A stretch of DNA of 64,000 nt, from contig CAZAXH010000008.1 of assembly GCA_964489065.1 (NCBI GenBank), positions 130-64,129 on the forward strand, given 5' to 3'. The position numbers and the translations under genes are program-made. The notes under the pieces are model-generated. The model saw only the letters and a program-made list of their open reading frames with translations, searched no databases and was not told the DNA's origin. This DNA is from an uncultured Planctomycetales bacterium (GTDB lineage: Bacteria; Omnitrophota; Gorgyraeia; Zapsychrales; JANLHA01). Positions 60,223 to 64,000 of the stretch are shown here, piece by piece; position 1 is the stretch's first letter; every line of letters begins with the position of its first letter.

Positions 60223-60490
60223 TTCTATCGCAGCCGTTCCGGGCCGTCCCCCATACAGGATTGCTTACGGCTTCTGTCAATCCCGCCTTTTTGATCCCCC
60301 TTTGCAAAGACCACAGACATGCCGCGGATGATGCCTAACAGCGTCTTCTGCGCCGGGATGTTCGCCTATATATTAAGAAATCAGATTATTCCGCGAAGTG
60401 AATTGATAATAGATGCCGGTCTCTGGCATAGCCGGGGCCCGATATATTTTAGGTAATTTTGTGTTCTGAATTAAAAAATGACATATAATA

Positions 60491-62761
60491 TTGCAAGGAA
60501 TTTTAAATTTGTGTTTTGAAGTAAAATTTTCTAAAAACATGATTTTCTCCGGCATGAATTCTTTAATCAAAAAACTGTTCCGCAAGGTGGACATCCCTTT
60601 CCTCTGGTTCCACCTCTACACCGTGCTTTATTACTCATCTATTTTGGCGTTTTTGCTTCATTTCGTTTTCTTCTTTATCTTCAAATTCATCCATGTCGAA
60701 TTCATGTCTTTTTTCAATCTTATCAGCTGCTCTTTGTTTATTCTCTGTTCCATCCTGTGCCGGAAGGGACAACTTAAGCTGGCTTTGATTTTTTTTATGA
60801 CCGAAGTCATTACTCATGCCGCATTCAGTGTCATCTTTGTCGGTTGGGACAGTGGGTTTCATATTTATATTATTTGCATGGGCCCGTTATTGTTTTTTCA
60901 TCCGACACTTTCTGCCTGGCGGCGTATAGGTATGATCATGTTGTTATGCGGCACATACATTTTCCTTAATTATGAGGTGGCTGGCCGGTACCTAATTCCA
61001 ATTGCCCCGGAGATTTTACAAAAGATCCGTTTCCTGAATTTTGTCAGCTTCTTTGCTTTTTTGTCATCGTATTCGTTTTTTTATAGGCGCGCTTCCCGTT
61101 ATACCGAAAATCAGGTTATTCAGCAGAATGTGAAACTCGAAGAAGCCCACCGGCTGCTTCGAAAAGAAGGCGAAGAACGAAAGCACGCCTTGGCCGCCCT
61201 CCAGAGAAGCGAAGAGATTTTCCGGACAATTGTCACCAATTCGTTGCCGATCATATTTTGTATTGATAGAAACGGTGTTTTCACGCTTGCGGAAGGCAAG
61301 TCTTTGGAAGCGTTGGGACAGCGCCCGGGAGAGTTGGTCGGGAAGTCTCTCCAGGAATTTTCTGAAAATTATCCTAATATTTTTAAAGGTGTCCAGGTCG
61401 CCATTGAAGGAAAAGTTTTCAAGGACACAATCTGCCTGCAGGGAGCGAAAGAAGAGGTGTGTTTTGATGTTTTCTATTCGCCTTACCGGGATTCGGAGGG
61501 GCACGTTGTAGGCACCATTCTTATAGCCAACGACATAACGGAACGCAAAAAGGCGGAGCGGGAAAACAAAAAGTTGGCCGAACAGCTTCAGCGGTCCGAG
61601 AAAATGGAGGCTCTCGGAATGCTGGCAGGGGGCGTTGCGCACGATTTAAATAATATCCTTGCCGGTGTTGTGGGGTATCCAGATTTATTGCTCATGGAGC
61701 TCCCTGCCGATAATCCTTTGCGCCAGCCTATTGAAATCATTAAAGAATCCGGACAGAAAGCGGCTGAGGTTGTTCAGGATCTTTTAACCTTGGCGCGGAG
61801 AGGCGTTCCAAAACGGGAAGTCGTGAATTTAAACACTATTGTCCGTGAATATTGGCGCAGCCCCGAATGCGAACAACTGAAGTCGTGTCATCCTCATGTT
61901 CAATTTGACCTTCAAATTGATGAAGGGCTTTTTAATATGCAGGGTTCACGGCTGCATATATTTAAAACTATTATGAATCTGGTTTCCAACGCCGCCGAAG
62001 CGATCTCCCAAAAAGGAGAAATCCTGGTTAAGACAGAAAACCGCTATGTTGACCGGCCTTTGAACACTTACGAACATATTCCGGAGGGTGAATATGTGAC
62101 GATTTCGGTCGCCGATACCGGTATTGGGGTTTCTCCAGAAGACTATAAAAGGATTTTTGAGCCTTTTTATACAAAGAAAGTCATGGGACGCAGCGGGACC
62201 GGTCTGGGGCTAGCGGTTGTCTGGGGTACAGTAAAAGATCATAAAGGATTCCTTGACCTTGTAAGTCATGAAAGGCAGGGGACGACCTTTACTTTGTTTT
62301 TCCCTGCCAATCATGAGGGGCTGGGGGCAGAGGAACTGCCTTTTTCGTTAAATGAATATCGGGGCCACGGAGAAACAATTTTAGTTATTGATGATATCGC
62401 GCAACAACGCGATGTTGCCGTGCAAATGTTGACTTTCTTGGGATATTCTGTTACAAGTGTCGAAAGCGGCGAAGCCGCCGTCGAGTTTATGAGGAACCAT
62501 GCCGCTGATCTGCTTTTACTGGACATGATTATGGATCCGGGCATGGATGGCCTTGATTGTTATAAAGACATCATCAAAATACATCCTTGTCAGAAGGCGA
62601 TTGTTGCCAGCGGGTATTCGGAAACTCAACGTGTCCGGGAATTACAGAATTTAGGAGGCGGGGCGTATCTTAGAAAACCGTATACTATTGATAAACTCGC
62701 CCGGGTTGTGAAATCCGAACTTCAAAAAAACTTTTCCAGCGGGTCTGAGGATGCCCGATAG
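60491..62761 (+). CDS. Hybrid sensor histidine kinase / response regulator (polytopic N-terminal sensor, PAS, HisKA, HATPase_c, REC)
   Basis: H-box GVAHDLNNIL; N/G boxes (NLVSNAAEA, GTGLGLAVV); receiver domain with LLLDMIMDPGMDG; ~6 N-terminal TM helices. Confidence 0.85.
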   Translation: MQGILNLCFEVKFSKNMIFSGMNSLIKKLFRKVDIPFLWFHLYTVLYYSSILAFLLHFVFFFIFKFIHVEFMSFFNLISCSLFILCSILCRKGQLKLALIFFMTEVITHAAFSVIFVGWDSGFHIYIICMGPLLFFHPTLSAWRRIGMIMLLCGTYIFLNYEVAGRYLIPIAPEILQKIRFLNFVSFFAFLSSYSFFYRRASRYTENQVIQQNVKLEEAHRLLRKEGEERKHALAALQRSEEIFRTIVTNSLPIIFCIDRNGVFTLAEGKSLEALGQRPGELVGKSLQEFSENYPNIFKGVQVAIEGKVFKDTICLQGAKEEVCFDVFYSPYRDSEGHVVGTILIANDITERKKAERENKKLAEQLQRSEKMEALGMLAGGVAHDLNNILAGVVGYPDLLLMELPADNPLRQPIEIIKESGQKAAEVVQDLLTLARRGVPKREVVNLNTIVREYWRSPECEQLKSCHPHVQFDLQIDEGLFNMQGSRLHIFKTIMNLVSNAAEAISQKGEILVKTENRYVDRPLNTYEHIPEGEYVTISVADTGIGVSPEDYKRIFEPFYTKKVMGRSGTGLGLAVVWGTVKDHKGFLDLVSHERQGTTFTLFFPANHEGLGAEELPFSLNEYRGHGETILVIDDIAQQRDVAVQMLTFLGYSVTSVESGEAAVEFMRNHAADLLLLDMIMDPGMDGLDCYKDIIKIHPCQKAIVASGYSETQRVRELQNLGGGAYLRKPYTIDKLARVVKSELQKNFSSGSEDAR

Positions 62762-62863
62762 TTCCGGCGAATAATATTTATTATTTTTTTGATCCTACAA
62801 ATATATTTTTGAATTATGTTTTGAAATATATCTTGACAGGAAAAATATTTCTTTTTAAACTAT

Positions 62864-62882
62864 AATGAAAACCATTTTCATT
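62864..62882. promoter_or_regulatory. Fur-box-like 19-bp (9-1-9) palindrome overlapping the promoter of the Fur-family gene
   Basis: AATGAAAAC-C-ATTTTCATT (8 of 9 arm matches), immediately after a TATAAT at 62861-62866. Confidence 0.5.
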
Positions 62883-62895
62883 AATAGGGGGATAT

Positions 62896-63369
62896 ATGCC
62901 TAATCAAGGCAGAATGAGACCATTGTGGTGGCATGGAAAATTTCGAGGGTGCGGTTACAGAATTACGTTGGCACGGGAAGTTATTCTCGGAGTATTATCA
63001 AAAACAGCCGATCATTTGAGTGCCGAAGATATTTATAGCCACATTCATCCCCAATATCCCCATATCGGGCTGACCACGATTTACCGCACCTTGGAAGTGC
63101 TTTCTAATTTAGGACTTGTTTACAAATTTGACTTCGGTGATAAAAGGGCGCGCTATGAGCTTGCGGAAGGTCCTAAAGGCACTCCTCACCATCATCATTT
63201 GGTGTGTACCGCCTGCAATCGAGTCATTGATTACACAGATTTTTTTGATGAAGAAGTGAAACTGTTGCAGGAAACAGAGAAAGGCCTTTCCCAAAAGTAT
63301 AATTTTAAAATTACGAACCATTTGATCCAGTTTTATGGATTGTGCGAAAATTGCCAGCAGAAAATTTAG
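62896..63369 (+). CDS. Fur-family metalloregulator (Fur/Zur/PerR)
   Basis: Winged-helix DNA-binding helix, then His-rich metal site HHHHLVCTACNRVIDY and C-terminal CENC. Confidence 0.8.
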   Translation: MPNQGRMRPLWWHGKFRGCGYRITLAREVILGVLSKTADHLSAEDIYSHIHPQYPHIGLTTIYRTLEVLSNLGLVYKFDFGDKRARYELAEGPKGTPHHHHLVCTACNRVIDYTDFFDEEVKLLQETEKGLSQKYNFKITNHLIQFYGLCENCQQKI

Positions 63370-63400
63370 GCCATTTTTAAATTAATAACAGGAGGTGAAA

Positions 63401-63772
63401 ATGAGGGTTGGGATAACATTAGAAGATGAACGCGGTCTTGAAAGCAAAGTTTCGGAACATTTCGGCCAATGTCGATATTTTCTTATCGTTGACATTAAAG
63501 ATAATCAGATGGCGACAACGAAAGTCGTGCCCAACAATGCTCAACATGGAGGCGGGGGCTGCCTCGCCGTTGATGATATGCTCGCTCATAAAGTTGATTA
63601 TGTGATTGCTGGGGGCATGGGAGGCGGGGCGCAACAGAAATTTATGCGTGCGAATGTAAAGATTTGCGGTTATTCTGGGAAAGCGCAGGATGCCATCAGA
63701 GATTTTCTCAAGGGCCCGCTAGCCAGTTTAGGCACTTGCCATGAACATGGCCATTCCGGGGAGTGTCAATAA
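63401..63772 (+). CDS. NifX/NafY/NifB-C-like (dinitrogenase FeMo-cofactor-binding fold, PF02579) protein with His/Cys-rich C-terminus
   Basis: VSEHFGQCRYFLIVD ... VDYVIAGGMGGGAQQKFMRANVKI matches the MTH1175-like family; tail CHEHGHSGEC. Confidence 0.7.
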   Translation: MRVGITLEDERGLESKVSEHFGQCRYFLIVDIKDNQMATTKVVPNNAQHGGGGCLAVDDMLAHKVDYVIAGGMGGGAQQKFMRANVKICGYSGKAQDAIRDFLKGPLASLGTCHEHGHSGECQ

Positions 63773-63909
63773 ACATTTTAAACAGAACTGCCTGACCCGG
63801 ACCGGCGCCCGCACGGGGCTTGGCCGTAAGATGGGCTTCTTCCGGGCAGGGGGTAATTTTTGCCTTTGAAATCGTAAATGACGATTCCATAATAATAGAG
63901 GAGGCAAAC

Positions 63910-64000
63910 ATGGACGAGGCACAGAGAAAGCAGAAGGCTTTTGGCTACGAACTTTTATTGGATTTTTATCATTGTAAACCAGGTGTTTGTGATAACTTGG
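63910..64000 (+). CDS. 5' end of an unidentified CDS truncated by the window edge
   Basis: RBS AGAGGAGG then ATG at 63910 (MDEAQRKQKAFGYEL...). Confidence 0.3.
   Translation, partial: MDEAQRKQKAFGYELLLDFYHCKPGVCDNL

Overview
This is a 64-kb bacterial chromosomal window of roughly 58-60% GC, with a core metabolic backbone interrupted by accessory and mobile features. Core genes present are acnA, leuCD, aroC, thiC, ilvBH, trxB, ubiE/menG, menA, menC, a dus gene, mtaB, and a MoxR-DUF58-transglutaminase operon. The main system is a complete, canonically ordered type I-C CRISPR-Cas locus (cas3-cas5c-cas8c-cas7c-cas4-cas1-cas2) followed by a leader and a 22-repeat array with the classic I-C repeat GTCGCGCCCTTCGCGGGCGCGTGGATTGAAAC. 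Two of its spacers overlap the same protospacer. Other accessory features are: (a) an IS200/IS605-type Y1 (HUH) transposase unit with hairpin ends, inserted between an antiporter gene and moxR, flanked by ~58-bp direct repeats that left a 29-codon duplicate of the moxR 5' end; (b) a dispersed ~150-bp structured repeat in four copies, two of them as inverted repeats flanking a 2.6-kb cassette carrying an ArnT/PMT-like GT-C glycosyltransferase and an MBL-fold hydrolase; (c) a MITE-like element with ~45-bp terminal inverted repeats carrying the acnA promoter; (d) a lower-GC island encoding a prepilin-like protein, a B12-binding radical SAM enzyme, two further ArnT/PMT-like GT-C membrane glycosyltransferases, a GT2, a GT9 and two tandem paralogous small secreted Cys-containing peptides; (e) an OLD-family (ABC-ATPase plus TOPRIM) candidate defence nuclease behind a perfect consensus sigma70 promoter; (f) a solitary COG4271 TIR-like protein; (g) a PIF1-like helicase with a zinc-ribbon membrane protein inserted in the menaquinone cluster; (h) a cation/proton antiporter fused to USP-like and PTS EIIA(Ntr)-like domains. 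The window ends with a hybrid sensor kinase, a Fur-family regulator with a Fur-box-like palindrome in its own promoter, and a NifX/NafY-like protein. All calls rest on reading the translated ORFs and the DNA by eye; no database searches were run.
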